Part shown: one piece after another, positions 9,246-19,828 of the stretch
Layout: every line of letters begins with the position of its first letter
Numbering within the stretch: the first letter of the stretch is position 1
NCBI GenBank assembly: GCA_963653995.1
Contig: CAVJZJ010000003.1
Coordinates: 40,901 to 104,900, forward strand
Direction of reading: 5' to 3'
Length of the DNA stretch: 64,000 nt
DNA from: Flexilinea sp.
Lineage (GTDB): Bacteria > Bacteroidota > Bacteroidia > Bacteroidales > Bacteroidaceae
Program-made: the position numbers and the translations under genes
The notes under the pieces: generated by a model
What the model saw: the letters and a program-made list of their open reading frames with translations, nothing else
The model's database searches: none
Told to the model about the DNA's origin: nothing

Positions 9246-11283
9246 TCCAGATGCCCGGTTGTGGCACATTGCCGTAGTCTACATAGGTCTTGTCAAACAG
9301 GTTGTTGACTTCGATGTAGCAACGGTATTGCGGTTTAGCCCAGGTGAGACGCGCGTCGACAATGTTGTAGGGACGATAGGTGTGGTCGGTGCCGCCAGCG
9401 TCGGTGTAGTATCCGGTACGTTCCTGCCAACGGTAGTAGAGCCCGAAATCCAGTCCGGGGATGATGGTGGTCTGAAGGTCGGCCACCAGTTTGTGTCGCA
9501 GGTATTCCAGCGTATAGCGGCTTTGCAGACCTTCTGTTTCCACTTTGTTTTGATGGATATAACTATAGGCCACACCGAGCGACTTCCACCAACGCTGTCC
9601 GGGGATGATGGCGTGCCCGTCTATGGTGGCGGACAATTCTACGCCGGTACCGTTGACCTTGGTGAAGTTGACCGATTTCCATACGGCATTCTCGTCACCG
9701 CTGGTATCGCGCACCCAGTCTATCAGATTGCTGCAGTGGTTGTTGTAGATGCTGGCCTTGGCCCGGATACCATTGGCTACATATTTCAGTCCACCTTCTA
9801 TGGATGACATCTCTTCCGGTTTGAGGTACTTGTCGGCTTTATGGCCACCAACGGAGTAATATAGTTCGGTAGCCGACGGCATACGCAGCGATGTGTTGTA
9901 CGAGGCGTAGAGTCGTAGGCCGCTGGTGAGGGCGAAACTGAGATCGGCTCCCGGGTAGACACGCATGTTCATGTGGTTCCATGAGTTTTTGGCGGCAATC
10001 ATGCCGACAGACGCTGTGAAGCGTCCAAGTGAGATATTGTGCTCGAGGATAAAACTGATGTTGGTGCGGTTGAGCCCGTATTCGTAGTCACGAGAAGTAC
10101 CATGCACGTGCGAAGGTTGGTCAAGGCGTTCGCCGAGAACAGTGCTGACAAGATCCTCGTTGCGTATCTCCGCTCCAATGGCGGTACGTCCGAGTGTCCA
10201 GTCGAAATAAGAGTTGAGATTCAGACCGTAGATATCGGTACGGTGATAGTTGAATGGATATTTGTCTTCCGCACCGCGGAAGAGTTCGTAGCGGTCCATG
10301 TTGCGGTTCCAGTAGATAGAAGGATGGAGGTGGAACCGTCCGTTTTTGTTTTCCACCGAAAGAGCGGTGTAGGTTTTCAGGGTATGCTCGTATTGGTCAT
10401 CCCACTTTGCGCCGTAGAACGTGTTGGCGCCGAAGTCTTTCGCACTGATGCCTGCATGCCATTTGGCCGAAATCGTATGGTCTTCATATCCTCCTTGGTA
10501 AAAAGCCTTTCCGCCGTGGTAGTCGGCGTTGAGCGTTCCAGCCTTGCAACGACTGTAACCGTCGCTGCGAGTGTAACTGCCCGATACGGAATTTTTCCAA
10601 GTGCGACCAGTCAGCGCAATACGCGCTCCTGCGCTAGCATATCCGTAACTGCCTGCATCTACGTGCGCCGCGATGCTACTGTGTGCGGGTGTCGTGGTGA
10701 CGATATTGATTGCTCCTACGAGTGAGGATGTGCCGTATACGCGTGCGGCCGGTCCTTCGAGTACTTCAATATGGTCGATGTCGGCGATGTCGCAAGGAAA
10801 GTCGAAGGCATTGTAGGCTGTCTGCGGGTCACCGATATTGATGCCGTTGAGTAGGATGGCCACCTGCTCGCTGTTTCCTCCGCGTACGCTGACGTCGGTC
10901 TGTACACCGATGGGGCCGCGTTGTCGCACGTCTACGCCAGCGGCGTATTTGAGCAGGTCGTTGATACTCTGTACCGGCGCGGCGGCAATGGCGTCGCGAT
11001 CCAGCACGTGAACAATTCTCGCAGTCTGTCCCGGTAGGGTGGGGGCTTTTGAGGCTGTCACCTCGACATCGTCGAGCAAGACGGTCTTCTCGATGGCTGT
11101 CCGTGTGGTGTCAGCCTTCTCGGTGTGCGTGCTGATGCCGTCGGCCTTGGCGTAGGTCAAGGTCGGAATGCTCAGCGTGCAGATGAGAACCTCCTTTCCG
11201 AGACAAATGAACAGGGCGTAGCCTTTGCGCGTGAAGTGCTTGAAACGCAGTGGCGCAGGCCTTCCGAGTGGTTGTCTGTACAT
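9211..11283 (-). CDS. TonB-dependent receptor (BtuB-like size), substrate unknown
   Basis: Plug motifs SVRGG, IEVLEGPAARVYG, GAINIVT; C-terminal NNLFDKTY; extended basic N-terminal leader. Confidence 0.88.
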   Translation of the reverse strand: MYRQPLGRPAPLRFKHFTRKGYALFICLGKEVLICTLSIPTLTYAKADGISTHTEKADTTRTAIEKTVLLDDVEVTASKAPTLPGQTARIVHVLDRDAIAAAPVQSINDLLKYAAGVDVRQRGPIGVQTDVSVRGGNSEQVAILLNGINIGDPQTAYNAFDFPCDIADIDHIEVLEGPAARVYGTSSLVGAINIVTTTPAHSSIAAHVDAGSYGYASAGARIALTGRTWKNSVSGSYTRSDGYSRCKAGTLNADYHGGKAFYQGGYEDHTISAKWHAGISAKDFGANTFYGAKWDDQYEHTLKTYTALSVENKNGRFHLHPSIYWNRNMDRYELFRGAEDKYPFNYHRTDIYGLNLNSYFDWTLGRTAIGAEIRNEDLVSTVLGERLDQPSHVHGTSRDYEYGLNRTNISFILEHNISLGRFTASVGMIAAKNSWNHMNMRVYPGADLSFALTSGLRLYASYNTSLRMPSATELYYSVGGHKADKYLKPEEMSSIEGGLKYVANGIRAKASIYNNHCSNLIDWVRDTSGDENAVWKSVNFTKVNGTGVELSATIDGHAIIPGQRWWKSLGVAYSYIHQNKVETEGLQSRYTLEYLRHKLVADLQTTIIPGLDFGLYYRWQERTGYYTDAGGTDHTYRPYNIVDARLTWAKPQYRCYIEVNNLFDKTYVDYGNVPQPGIWIMCGASVNINL

Positions 11284-11343
11284 GTGGTTGTTGGTATTGT
11301 TTGTTGTTTTGATATATAGAGCGACGCATGATGCGCCGCAGTC

Positions 11344-12006
11344 TCATTTTGTGGGTGGTTGTTTGCCCTCATGGGTCATGAAGAGCAGGTAGTCGCCGTC
11401 GGCATGTATGCTGACCTTGTCGCCCAGCGACTCGTTGAGCGTGCCCTGCCATTGAGCGTTGTAGGTGTAAGGTGCCCAGCGAAACCCTTCGCCGGTGAGC
11501 GAGTGGGAGTTGATGTTGAAGATGCTGATCTGTTGTCCGCAGAAACTCTCAAACGTATTGTCACCGCAGGCTGGTATGAAGTAGCCGTGGTCGGTGATCA
11601 TCACGGGGCGTATGTCGAACTCACGCATATAGCGGCAGAGCAGCGAGATGTTGCCGAGGGTGTGGTCTTCGCGTTTGCCGGTCATACCCAAGTAGGCGAT
11701 ATGACGGTAGCCGAGACTGGAACAATGACGGGTAGACTTGGTCTGGTCGTTGTCTTCCTGCTCTTTTACGATATGGATGATGGGCTGATAGCGCTTTTTG
11801 AAGTCATCCGACAGAGAGTCGCCGTCACCGACGATGGCATCGGGCATCAGACCGTACGCTATAAGTTTGGCTCCGGCTCCGTCGCAGCAACAGACGTAGG
11901 GCGCGCGGATGAGAGCCGATAGAGCATAGGGGTGTTTGGGGAAATCGCCGTCGCCAAGGATGACGGCATCGAAGAGTGATTCTTTTGTAACACGAGAAAA
12001 GATCAT
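11344..12006 (-). CDS. thiN: Thiamine pyrophosphokinase
   Basis: CCDGA, VGDGDS, EQEDNDQTK, GKREDHTLGN; lies in a TPP-riboswitch operon. Confidence 0.9.
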   Translation of the reverse strand: MIFSRVTKESLFDAVILGDGDFPKHPYALSALIRAPYVCCCDGAGAKLIAYGLMPDAIVGDGDSLSDDFKKRYQPIIHIVKEQEDNDQTKSTRHCSSLGYRHIAYLGMTGKREDHTLGNISLLCRYMREFDIRPVMITDHGYFIPACGDNTFESFCGQQISIFNINSHSLTGEGFRWAPYTYNAQWQGTLNESLGDKVSIHADGDYLLFMTHEGKQPPTK

Positions 12007-12050
12007 AGTGAATTAATTATTTTGAGTTAGAAAAGTTTTTTTTATGGCGT

Positions 12051-12656
12051 CTATTCCCTCTTTGGGCGATCGGTGCTCATCATCCGTTTCCACTTGTAGT
12101 AGCCAAGAATTGCGATGACAACGTAGAGTGCGTACAGTCCGGCCTTGAAAGGTATGCCTTTGGTGGTATAGAGATAGGCGCTGATGATGTCGACGACAAT
12201 CCAGAAAAACCATTGTTCGATGTATTTCCGGGCAAGAGCCCACAGACCTACAAAACTGAGGGCGTTGGTGAAAGCATCGAGAAGTGGAACGGTACTGTTG
12301 GTGTAGACCTTGAGGATATAGTAGGTGACTCCCCATGCTATGAGGAAGAACAGAGTGGCTGGCACATAGAGGGAAATGCGCATACGGGTGATGGGTAATT
12401 CCTTGGCTTGCGTTTGGTTGCGCTTGTGCCCGAACCGCCAGACGGCATAGCCGTAGATGGCGGCGAAGGTGTAGTAGACGGCCATAGCAGCATCTCCGTA
12501 TAGCCCGTGGCCCCAGTAGAGATAGATGTCGAGGGCCGGCATGATGATGCCGACGAACCACAATGCGATGCTGGCCCGGTACTCGAGCAGTATGTAGATG
12601 AGGCCCAGCACGGTGGTCAGTATGTCGAGCCAGTGGGTGGTGATGAATGTTGTCAT
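12051..12656 (-). CDS. pnuC: PnuC-family transporter, probably thiamine-specific (PnuT)
   Basis: Hydrophobic; LDAFTNALS, ARKYIEQWFFWIVVD, GYYKW; context. Confidence 0.9.
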   Translation of the reverse strand: MTTFITTHWLDILTTVLGLIYILLEYRASIALWFVGIIMPALDIYLYWGHGLYGDAAMAVYYTFAAIYGYAVWRFGHKRNQTQAKELPITRMRISLYVPATLFFLIAWGVTYYILKVYTNSTVPLLDAFTNALSFVGLWALARKYIEQWFFWIVVDIISAYLYTTKGIPFKAGLYALYVVIAILGYYKWKRMMSTDRPKRE

Positions 12657-12793
12657 CTTGTCTTTTGGTCTTTTCTTTGTATGCAGAGAAGGAGCGGATG
12701 CGACTGACGTCTTGATCAGTCGCTTCCACTCCCTCCTGTCTGTATGTTGGCGTGGGGCCGCGGGTGCGGCCCTTCTCCTTTGCTACGTATTTA

Positions 12794-15091
12794 TTAGAAC
12801 CGCAGTGTAAGGTGTCCCATCACGTTGAAACCGGCCATCGGCACGTAGGCCAGATAGGAGTATCGCTTGCCTTTGGAGTAGTAGCCATAGTCGTAGGCGC
12901 AGGCAGCGTAGTGGCGCGAGAAGATATTGTTGAAGTCAAATCCCAGCGTGATGTGCTTGATGCCGGCGGCACGGGTGACATCGCTCTCATACTTGAGGCT
13001 GAGGTCGCTCTGCGAGTAGCAGGTCAGGGCACGTTCTGCACTCTTGGAGTTGTCTATGTACTGGCGGCTCACATAGTTGGTGTGCCATGTGGCACTGAAG
13101 CCTGCATAGTGGAAATCGACAAATCCGTTGAGGATTGCGCTCGGCGAGTAGGCGAGGGTAGACTCGCTATAGTGGTTGACCACTGCTCCGTCATCATCGG
13201 ATACGTATTCATCGAAGTCCTTGATACGGTTTCTGCTAAGGGCGGCGTTGCCCTCGATGTTCAGCCAAGAGAGTGGCGACCATCCGGCTGTCAGTTCGAC
13301 GCCCATGCGGTATGACTTCTTGATGTTGGTGGTCAGGGCTTCGCCGATGTCGCTGAGTTGTCCGGTCTGGGCAATCTGGTTGTCGTAGTCCATATAGTAG
13401 AAGTTGGCTCCGGCGTGCCAGTTGCTACCTTGGAACTGGTATCCAGCCTCCACGTCAATTACGCTTTCAGCCTTCGGGTAGGGGTAGTTGTAATTGTTGG
13501 TATAGTTGTTGCGCTCGGGCTCGCGGTTGCTCAAGGCTACCGATGCGTAGGCCTTGTGTCCGCCGTTGGTGTAACTGATACCTGCCTTGGGGTTGAAGAA
13601 GTTGAACTCGTCGTTGATGCCTAGTTGCTGGGCGACGTAGCCTTTCTCCTTTGTGTAGACGAAATGGTCGTTGTAACCGTCGGTCTTGTACTTCACGTAG
13701 CGGTATTGCAAGTCGGCAAAGACATTCCAGTGGCTGAGGAAGGTGTAGGTAGCCTTGACAAATCCGCTGTAGTCGTCCTTGTGGGCATCGGAGTCGTAGT
13801 ACTTGTAGGCACCATTGGCGAGATATTTCTTCTCGAGGGTCTCGTCGCCGATGTAGTCGAGGTAGCCCCAATGGTTGCCGCGGAATTGTTGGAGGTTGAC
13901 TCCACCGATGATGTCCCAGTGCTCGTTCTTGTAGTTGATATTGTATACCAGGCCATAGCAGTTCTGGGTCAGACCTTTGCGGCGTACCTCATCGGTCTTG
14001 ATCTCTTTGCCCTTCTCGTTGTACTCGTTGATGCCGAACTTGCTGGCAAGGCCTTTGTTGTGGCGGAAGTCCTTGTAGTAGCCGTATCCGTAGGTGTAGT
14101 GCAAGGCCAAGTTGTGGCTCCAATGCTCGGAGGGTTGCCATGCAAAAGAGAGTATGTTGTGGTTCTGGTAGAAGTTGTCGGTGGTACGGTCCCACTTTGT
14201 GCCGTCACGGTAGGTATAGGGGGTGAGCACGTATTTGCCATTCTGCAGATCGTAACTGCCGAGCAGGGTGTTGCTGCGTCCCAGTCCCATGTCCCATATC
14301 TGTCGGTAGGTCTCGGTACCATTAGGACCGCTGATGTAGTTCCATGCCTGTCCGGTCTTCTCGAAATTGCCCACGTTCTTGTAGCGTATCTGGAAATTGC
14401 GGCCCAACCAGGTCAGTCCGCCGTAGTACGAACCGGAACGTCCGCGTGTACCGTCGACATATCCGTCGGTAGCCGTCTCGTGGTAGGCTCCGTCGAAGAT
14501 GAGATGGTTGAAGAGCAAGCCGGTAGAGAAACTGGCTCCCGTGTTGTAGGTGTTGTAACTGCCGTACGAACCGGTCAGTTCAAGGAAGAATTTGGTGGAA
14601 GGAGTGGCGGTGGCCAGTGAGATGCTTCCGCCGAAAGCGCCGTCGCCATTGGTGGAGGTGCCTACACCGCGCTGTATCTGTACGCTACCGAGAAGGGAAG
14701 CATAACTATTCATGTTGGCCCAAAATACGGTCTGGTCTTCAGGTGAGTTGAGTGCCACACCGTCGAGCGTCACGTTGATACGGCTACCTGCCGCACCGCG
14801 CATACGCATATAGGCGGTTCCGCTACCGAGACCGTTCTCGCTCCATGCGAGCACACCCGGTGTACGGGCAAAGAGGAAAGGCAGTTCTTGACCAGTTGTA
14901 CCAAAGTCTTTGAGTTCTGATTTCTTGATGTTTGCCACTGCAAAGGGTGAGGTCTTGCTGGCTCTGACGGCCTTGATCACCACTTCGCTGATGTGTTGCA
15001 CCTTAGCGGTGTCGAGTTTCTCCTGGGCGTAAGTCAACTGGCCTGTCAGTCCACAGGCTGCGGCCAATACTGTCCCAAAAAGTCTTTTCAT
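12794..15091 (-). CDS. TonB-dependent thiamine receptor
   Basis: Signal peptide, RINVTLDGVALN, QIQRGVGTSTNG..AFGGS plug, terminal Phe; first gene after the TPP riboswitch. Confidence 0.9.
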   Translation of the reverse strand: MKRLFGTVLAAACGLTGQLTYAQEKLDTAKVQHISEVVIKAVRASKTSPFAVANIKKSELKDFGTTGQELPFLFARTPGVLAWSENGLGSGTAYMRMRGAAGSRINVTLDGVALNSPEDQTVFWANMNSYASLLGSVQIQRGVGTSTNGDGAFGGSISLATATPSTKFFLELTGSYGSYNTYNTGASFSTGLLFNHLIFDGAYHETATDGYVDGTRGRSGSYYGGLTWLGRNFQIRYKNVGNFEKTGQAWNYISGPNGTETYRQIWDMGLGRSNTLLGSYDLQNGKYVLTPYTYRDGTKWDRTTDNFYQNHNILSFAWQPSEHWSHNLALHYTYGYGYYKDFRHNKGLASKFGINEYNEKGKEIKTDEVRRKGLTQNCYGLVYNINYKNEHWDIIGGVNLQQFRGNHWGYLDYIGDETLEKKYLANGAYKYYDSDAHKDDYSGFVKATYTFLSHWNVFADLQYRYVKYKTDGYNDHFVYTKEKGYVAQQLGINDEFNFFNPKAGISYTNGGHKAYASVALSNREPERNNYTNNYNYPYPKAESVIDVEAGYQFQGSNWHAGANFYYMDYDNQIAQTGQLSDIGEALTTNIKKSYRMGVELTAGWSPLSWLNIEGNAALSRNRIKDFDEYVSDDDGAVVNHYSESTLAYSPSAILNGFVDFHYAGFSATWHTNYVSRQYIDNSKSAERALTCYSQSDLSLKYESDVTRAAGIKHITLGFDFNNIFSRHYAACAYDYGYYSKGKRYSYLAYVPMAGFNVMGHLTLRF

Positions 15092-15147
15092 TTCTTTTTA
15101 CCTATTTTATAAGTACACAAATAGGGGGTACGCATCCTGTTCTGCCT

Positions 15148-15225
15148 TTTTCGCTACGCCGGCATTATCCGGATCAGCTCAGAGGGTATAATCTCAGACG
15201 GACAATCTCCGCCACCCCTGACTTG
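15148..15225 (-). promoter_or_regulatory. TPP riboswitch (THI element)
   Basis: Minus strand AGGGGTG...CTGAGATTATACCC..GAGCTGATCCGGATAATGCCGGCGTAGCGA upstream of thiamine uptake genes. Confidence 0.93.
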
Positions 15226-15243
15226 CACTCTGCAAATCGTGTG

Positions 15244-15251
15244 CAAAGGTA
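15244..15251 (-). promoter_or_regulatory. -7 promoter element of the thiamine operon
   Basis: TACCTTTG just upstream of the riboswitch. Confidence 0.7.
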
Positions 15252-15390
15252 TATCTTTTGTAGGATAGTACCAAATGTTTGTTAAAATATTAGGTAGGGG
15301 GAAATAGAATATTGATGTGATTTGGAATACTTATTGGTTTTCTTTTTCTTGTTTTGGCAGGCTAAATATGTGGTTATGGCCGAATCGTTT

Positions 15391-15500
15391 TAGTACAAGG
15401 GCCTTGTACGGATGCTACAAGGCCCTTGTACTGTCCGTACAAAGGCCTTGTATCGTTCGTACAAAGCCTTTGTACTGTCGCTACAAAGCCCTTTGTACGA
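15391..15500. repeat. Five tandem 22-bp palindromic units (TACAA-n5/6-TTGTA)
   Basis: tagtacaagggccttgtacgga / tgctacaaggcccttgtactgt / ccgtacaaaggccttgtatcgt / tcgtacaaagcctttgtactgt / cgctacaaagccctttgtacga. Confidence 0.9.
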
Positions 15501-15631
15501 TGATGGTATAGGCATGTGGCGAGGGTGCAGTGTAGGCGGTCGGGGTACAAACATAAATAAAGGGCGTAAACTCTTCACGAGTCCACGCCCCCATCATGGT
15601 GTCGAAAAGGTTGATTGTATGAAGTGGTATC

Positions 15632-16903
15632 TTAGTTGTAAGCAGACTCGCCGTGCTCATACACATCGAGTCCTTCTTCTTCTACGCGTTTGTCTACGCG
15701 TATGCCTATGGTTTTGTCAATCAATTTGTAGAGGATGAATGTTACGGTTGCGCTGAAGACGATACTTACAAGTGTGGCAACGATTTGTATCCACAATTGA
15801 TGCCAATCGCCGTAGAGTGCTCCTTGTACGCCATCTTCTCCGGTGACGAATCGTGTGGCGAATACTCCAGTGAGTACAGATCCGATGATGCCGCCCATAC
15901 CGTGTACGCCAAAAGCGTCAAGAGCATCATCGTAGTGGAATTTCCGCTTGACGGTGGCTACCATGAAGAAGCAGACGATTGGTGTGACAATGCCGATGAC
16001 AAATGCTCCGAGCAGGTCTGTAGAACCGGCTGCGGGTGTGATGGCTACCAATCCGGCAACAGCGCCTGTGCATGCACCGACGGTGGTCGGCTTGTCATTG
16101 TATATCCAGTCGATGACCATCCATGTCACGGCAGCAGTGGCCGTGGCGATGTGGGTTACAAGAAAGGCGTTGGCTGCAAGCCCATCAGCGGCCAGTCCGC
16201 TACCGGCGTTGAAGCCAAACCATCCCAGCCAAAGAAATGATGTACCCATGAAGACGAAAGTGATATTGTGTGGCAATATGGGATGTCCCGCCTGATAGGT
16301 CTCGCGTTGGCCGATAAGCACGGCCATGACGAGGGCGGAGATGCCGGCGTTGATGTGTACCACCGTGCCGCCCGCAAAGTCAATGGCACCCATCTGCTGG
16401 AGAAATCCTCCGCCCCATACCCAGTGGGCCATCGGGAAGTAGGCGATGATGACCCATAGTATGGTGAACACCATATAGCCCTTGAACTTGATGCGTTCTG
16501 CGAATGCGCCAAGAATTAGGGCTGGGGTGATCAGTGCGAACATACATTGGAACATGACGAATGTCAGTTCGGGTATGCCGGTCTCGGTGAGTGTGTCAGG
16601 GGATATGCCGTGGAGGAAAGCCTTGTCCATACCTCCCATGATGGCCCATAGCGGGTTGCCGCTGTCTTTGAAACTTGTATCGAAGGCCCACGAGTAGCCG
16701 ATGGCTACCCAAAGGATACTCACTACGCCCACGATGAGCATGGTCTGCATGATGATGCTCAGTACGTTTTTCTGTCGTACCAGTCCGCCGTAGAAGAGGG
16801 CGATGCCCGGTATGCTCATCAGAAGTACGAGAATGGTGGCCGTAATCATCCAGGCCGTGTTGCCCGTGTTGAGTGCAGTGGCTGTAAGAAGTGTTGCTGT
16901 CAT
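15632..16903 (-). CDS. amtB: Ammonium transporter AmtB
   Basis: FYGGLVR, DFAGGTVVH, GWFGFNAGS, DDALDAFGVHG, GLDVYEHGESAY. Confidence 0.97.
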   Translation of the reverse strand: MTATLLTATALNTGNTAWMITATILVLLMSIPGIALFYGGLVRQKNVLSIIMQTMLIVGVVSILWVAIGYSWAFDTSFKDSGNPLWAIMGGMDKAFLHGISPDTLTETGIPELTFVMFQCMFALITPALILGAFAERIKFKGYMVFTILWVIIAYFPMAHWVWGGGFLQQMGAIDFAGGTVVHINAGISALVMAVLIGQRETYQAGHPILPHNITFVFMGTSFLWLGWFGFNAGSGLAADGLAANAFLVTHIATATAAVTWMVIDWIYNDKPTTVGACTGAVAGLVAITPAAGSTDLLGAFVIGIVTPIVCFFMVATVKRKFHYDDALDAFGVHGMGGIIGSVLTGVFATRFVTGEDGVQGALYGDWHQLWIQIVATLVSIVFSATVTFILYKLIDKTIGIRVDKRVEEEGLDVYEHGESAYN

Positions 16904-16952
16904 ATCCTGTTTTGTTTCTTTTTACCTGTCATGTTGTTCCTGTTGGGGTGGA

Positions 16953-17309
16953 CTATTTTTCCTGCTCGGCATTGTAGAGAGCGATGTCGCCGCGCTCGCC
17001 TGTTCTGATGCGTATGGCATCTTCAATGGGAATGACGAAGATGCGTCCGTCACCAATCTCACCCGTGTGGGCGGCCTTGAGTATGGCGTTCACGGCATGT
17101 TCCACATTTTTGTCTCTCACAACGAGCGATATCAATATGCGCTCTATGGAACTTGTGTCGTAGACCACACCTCTGTAAATGCGGCCTTGCCGCGACTTTC
17201 CTACGCCGCGTACGTCGTAGTAGGAGAACCATTCGATGTCGGCGGCCAAAAGGGCGGCCTTCACATCCTCGAAACGTGTCTTGCGGATGATGGCTTCAAT
17301 TTTCTTCAT
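16953..17309 (-). CDS. glnK: P-II nitrogen regulatory protein (GlnK/GlnB)
   Basis: MKKIEAIIR, TGEIGDGRIFV, IRIRTGERG; directly upstream of amtB. Confidence 0.93.
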   Translation of the reverse strand: MKKIEAIIRKTRFEDVKAALLAADIEWFSYYDVRGVGKSRQGRIYRGVVYDTSSIERILISLVVRDKNVEHAVNAILKAAHTGEIGDGRIFVIPIEDAIRIRTGERGDIALYNAEQEK

Positions 17310-17370
17310 ACTTACCTCTCTTGAATTTATTGTTTCAATGTTTTGCTGTCATTATGTTTGTTATCCGCTG

Positions 17371-17378
17371 CAAAAGTA
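17371..17378 (-). promoter_or_regulatory. -7 promoter element for glnK-amtB
   Basis: TACTTTTG. Confidence 0.6.
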
Positions 17379-17577
17379 ATACAAAATGTTAATTAAATAA
17401 ATGTAATGTATGCATTATGTTTTAATAAAATTTTCACATCTTTTGTTTTGTAATATGCTGTTATGAAATATGTTTCAAATTGAAAGTGGTTGTATTGTTT
17501 TGTTGTCATATTGCAACTTAACAAATTTTAGGCAAGATTTTTGCAAGGAATATATTGGAATATTTCGCAAATAGTGT

Positions 17578-17585
17578 TACTTTTG
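17578..17585 (+). promoter_or_regulatory. -7 promoter element for dapF-dapL-GSIII
   Basis: TACTTTTG. Confidence 0.6.
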
Positions 17586-17634
17586 CAGCGTATAACAACG
17601 AATTGTTTTAAGGAACGAATAAAAGAAAGTCAAA

Positions 17635-18477
17635 ATGGCACGCATGATAGGGTTTACCAAGATGCACGGCGCGGGTAATGATTACATTTACGTCAATACA
17701 TTATTATATAATATACCCGACCCGTCATCGGCGGCTGTCAAGTGGAGCGCGTATCATACGGGTGTCGGAAGTGACGGATTGGTACTGATTGGCAAACCTT
17801 CAAAAGGATGTGATGCCGATTTTTCAATGCGTATCTTCAACGCTGACGGTTCTGAAGCCATGATGTGTGGCAATGCATCTCGGTGTATTGGCAAATATCT
17901 TTACGAGCGTCATCTGACCGATAAGACAGAGATACGGCTTGAGACCCTGTCGGGCGTTAAAGTGCTCAGTCTACATGTGGAGGCTGACGGGCAGGTATCA
18001 AGCGTGACCGTGGATATGCTTGAACCTTCATTGTATAATGCTGAACAATACGATGAGACTTGCGGCGGAACGCTCACGGCACTTGGACGCACGTTTGAAG
18101 GGACGTATGTGTGCATGGGGAATCCTCATTTTGTAACTTTCGTTGACGATATTGCCACCATTGATATTGCTCGCTACGGTAGCGTACTGGAACGTGATGC
18201 GGCCTTTCCGCAGCGATGCAACATAGAGTTTGCTCAGGTGATGCCTACCGGTGAAATTCGAACCCGTGTTTGGGAACGCGGCAGCGGTATTACCATGGCT
18301 TGCGGTACGGGTGCCTGTGCTACCGCTGTGGCAGCGACGCATACCGGACGTAGCATACGAAAATGCCGTATAGCAATGGATGGAGGAATACTTGACATAG
18401 AATGGAGAGATGCCGACGGGCACGTCTATATGACGGGACCGGCGGCATTCGTCTTTGATGGGGAAATAGAATTGTAG
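17635..18477 (+). CDS. dapF: Diaminopimelate epimerase
   Basis: [39 protein letters not shown]. Confidence 0.96.
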   Translation: MARMIGFTKMHGAGNDYIYVNTLLYNIPDPSSAAVKWSAYHTGVGSDGLVLIGKPSKGCDADFSMRIFNADGSEAMMCGNASRCIGKYLYERHLTDKTEIRLETLSGVKVLSLHVEADGQVSSVTVDMLEPSLYNAEQYDETCGGTLTALGRTFEGTYVCMGNPHFVTFVDDIATIDIARYGSVLERDAAFPQRCNIEFAQVMPTGEIRTRVWERGSGITMACGTGACATAVAATHTGRSIRKCRIAMDGGILDIEWRDADGHVYMTGPAAFVFDGEIEL

Positions 18478-18527
18478 TCCCCCGTTCTCGCAAAAGAAAA
18501 CAATCAAATAAAAGATAAAATACCAAA

Positions 18528-19763
18528 ATGGCATTAGTAAACGAACACTATCTGAAACTGTCAAACAATTACTTGTTTGCAGATATAGCCAAGAAGGTGA
18601 ATGCCTTCAAGGTGGCACATCCCGGAGTACGCGTAATCAGTCTCGGTATCGGAGATGTCACACAGCCGCTTTGCCCGGCAGTCATCGATGCAATGCACAA
18701 AGCAGTCGATGAGATGGCAACCAAGGCAACTTTCCGCGGTTATGGTCCCGAACGTGGTTATGACTTTTTGCGCGAGGCCATCGTGAAAAATGACTTCGCC
18801 CCCCGTGGCGTACATATTGATCCCAGTGAAGTGTTTGTCAATGATGGTGCCAAAAGCGATACAGGAAACATCGGTGAAATCGTAAGATGGGACAATAGTG
18901 TAGGCGTGACCGATCCTATCTATCCCGTGTACATTGACTCCAATGTGATGTGCGGACGTGCCGGAACACTCGAGGGTGGCAAGTGGAGCAATGTGACCTA
19001 TATGCCCTGTACGGCTGAAAACAATTTTACACCGCAAATACCCGACCATCGCGTCGATATGATTTATCTGTGCTACCCGAACAACCCTACAGGTACTGTG
19101 TTGTCAAAAGACGAGTTGCGCAAGTGGGTCAACTATGCACTGAAGAACGATACCCTCATCCTCTATGATGCAGCCTATGAAGCCTATATCCGTGAAGAAG
19201 AGGTACCTCATTCTATCTACGAAATCAAAGGTGCAAGAAAGTGTGCCATCGAATTCCATAGTTACTCCAAAACCGCCGGGTTTACAGGTGTACGTTGCGG
19301 ATACACCGTCATCCCGAAAGAACTGACAGCGGTGACTATCGACGGTAAGCAGCGCGTAGAACTCAACCATCTTTGGGATCGTCGACAGAGCACCAAGTTC
19401 AATGGTACAAGTTACATCTCTCAGCGTGCAGCCGAGGCTATCTATACTCCTGAAGGAAAAGAACAAATCAAACAGACCATAGACTACTATATGGGCAATG
19501 CCGAAATCATGTATGAGGCCTTGACCCGTCTCGGACTCAGTGTCTACGGTGGAAAGAACGCACCCTACCTTTGGGTGAAAACACCCGGTGGTGTGGAGAG
19601 TTGGAAATTCTTCGAGCAGATGCTCTATGGAGCAGGAGTCGTATGTACGCCCGGCGTTGGGTTCGGACCTAGTGGCGAGGGCTATATCCGCCTTACCGCT
19701 TTCGGCAACAGAGAAGACTGTGAGGAAGCCATGTCCCGTATTGCAGAATGGCTGAACAAATAA
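18528..19763 (+). CDS. dapL: LL-diaminopimelate aminotransferase
   Basis: YLFADI, LGIGDVTQP, DGAKSD, CYPNNPTG, SYSKTAGFTGVR. Confidence 0.95.
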   Translation: MALVNEHYLKLSNNYLFADIAKKVNAFKVAHPGVRVISLGIGDVTQPLCPAVIDAMHKAVDEMATKATFRGYGPERGYDFLREAIVKNDFAPRGVHIDPSEVFVNDGAKSDTGNIGEIVRWDNSVGVTDPIYPVYIDSNVMCGRAGTLEGGKWSNVTYMPCTAENNFTPQIPDHRVDMIYLCYPNNPTGTVLSKDELRKWVNYALKNDTLILYDAAYEAYIREEEVPHSIYEIKGARKCAIEFHSYSKTAGFTGVRCGYTVIPKELTAVTIDGKQRVELNHLWDRRQSTKFNGTSYISQRAAEAIYTPEGKEQIKQTIDYYMGNAEIMYEALTRLGLSVYGGKNAPYLWVKTPGGVESWKFFEQMLYGAGVVCTPGVGFGPSGEGYIRLTAFGNREDCEEAMSRIAEWLNK

Positions 19764-19828
19764 TCTCCTCCTGACTACTCGGAAAAATATACAAGAATAA
19801 AAACAATCAACAATAGATATTAAAAACA

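Noticed and set aside
12013..12729. 238-aa alternative-frame ORF over pnuC
   Set aside because: Low-complexity His/Arg-rich translation; the 12051-12656 frame carries the PnuC motifs.
15391..15500. Possible CRISPR array (also 34236-34343)
   Set aside because: 22-bp total period leaves no room for spacers; no cas genes in the window.
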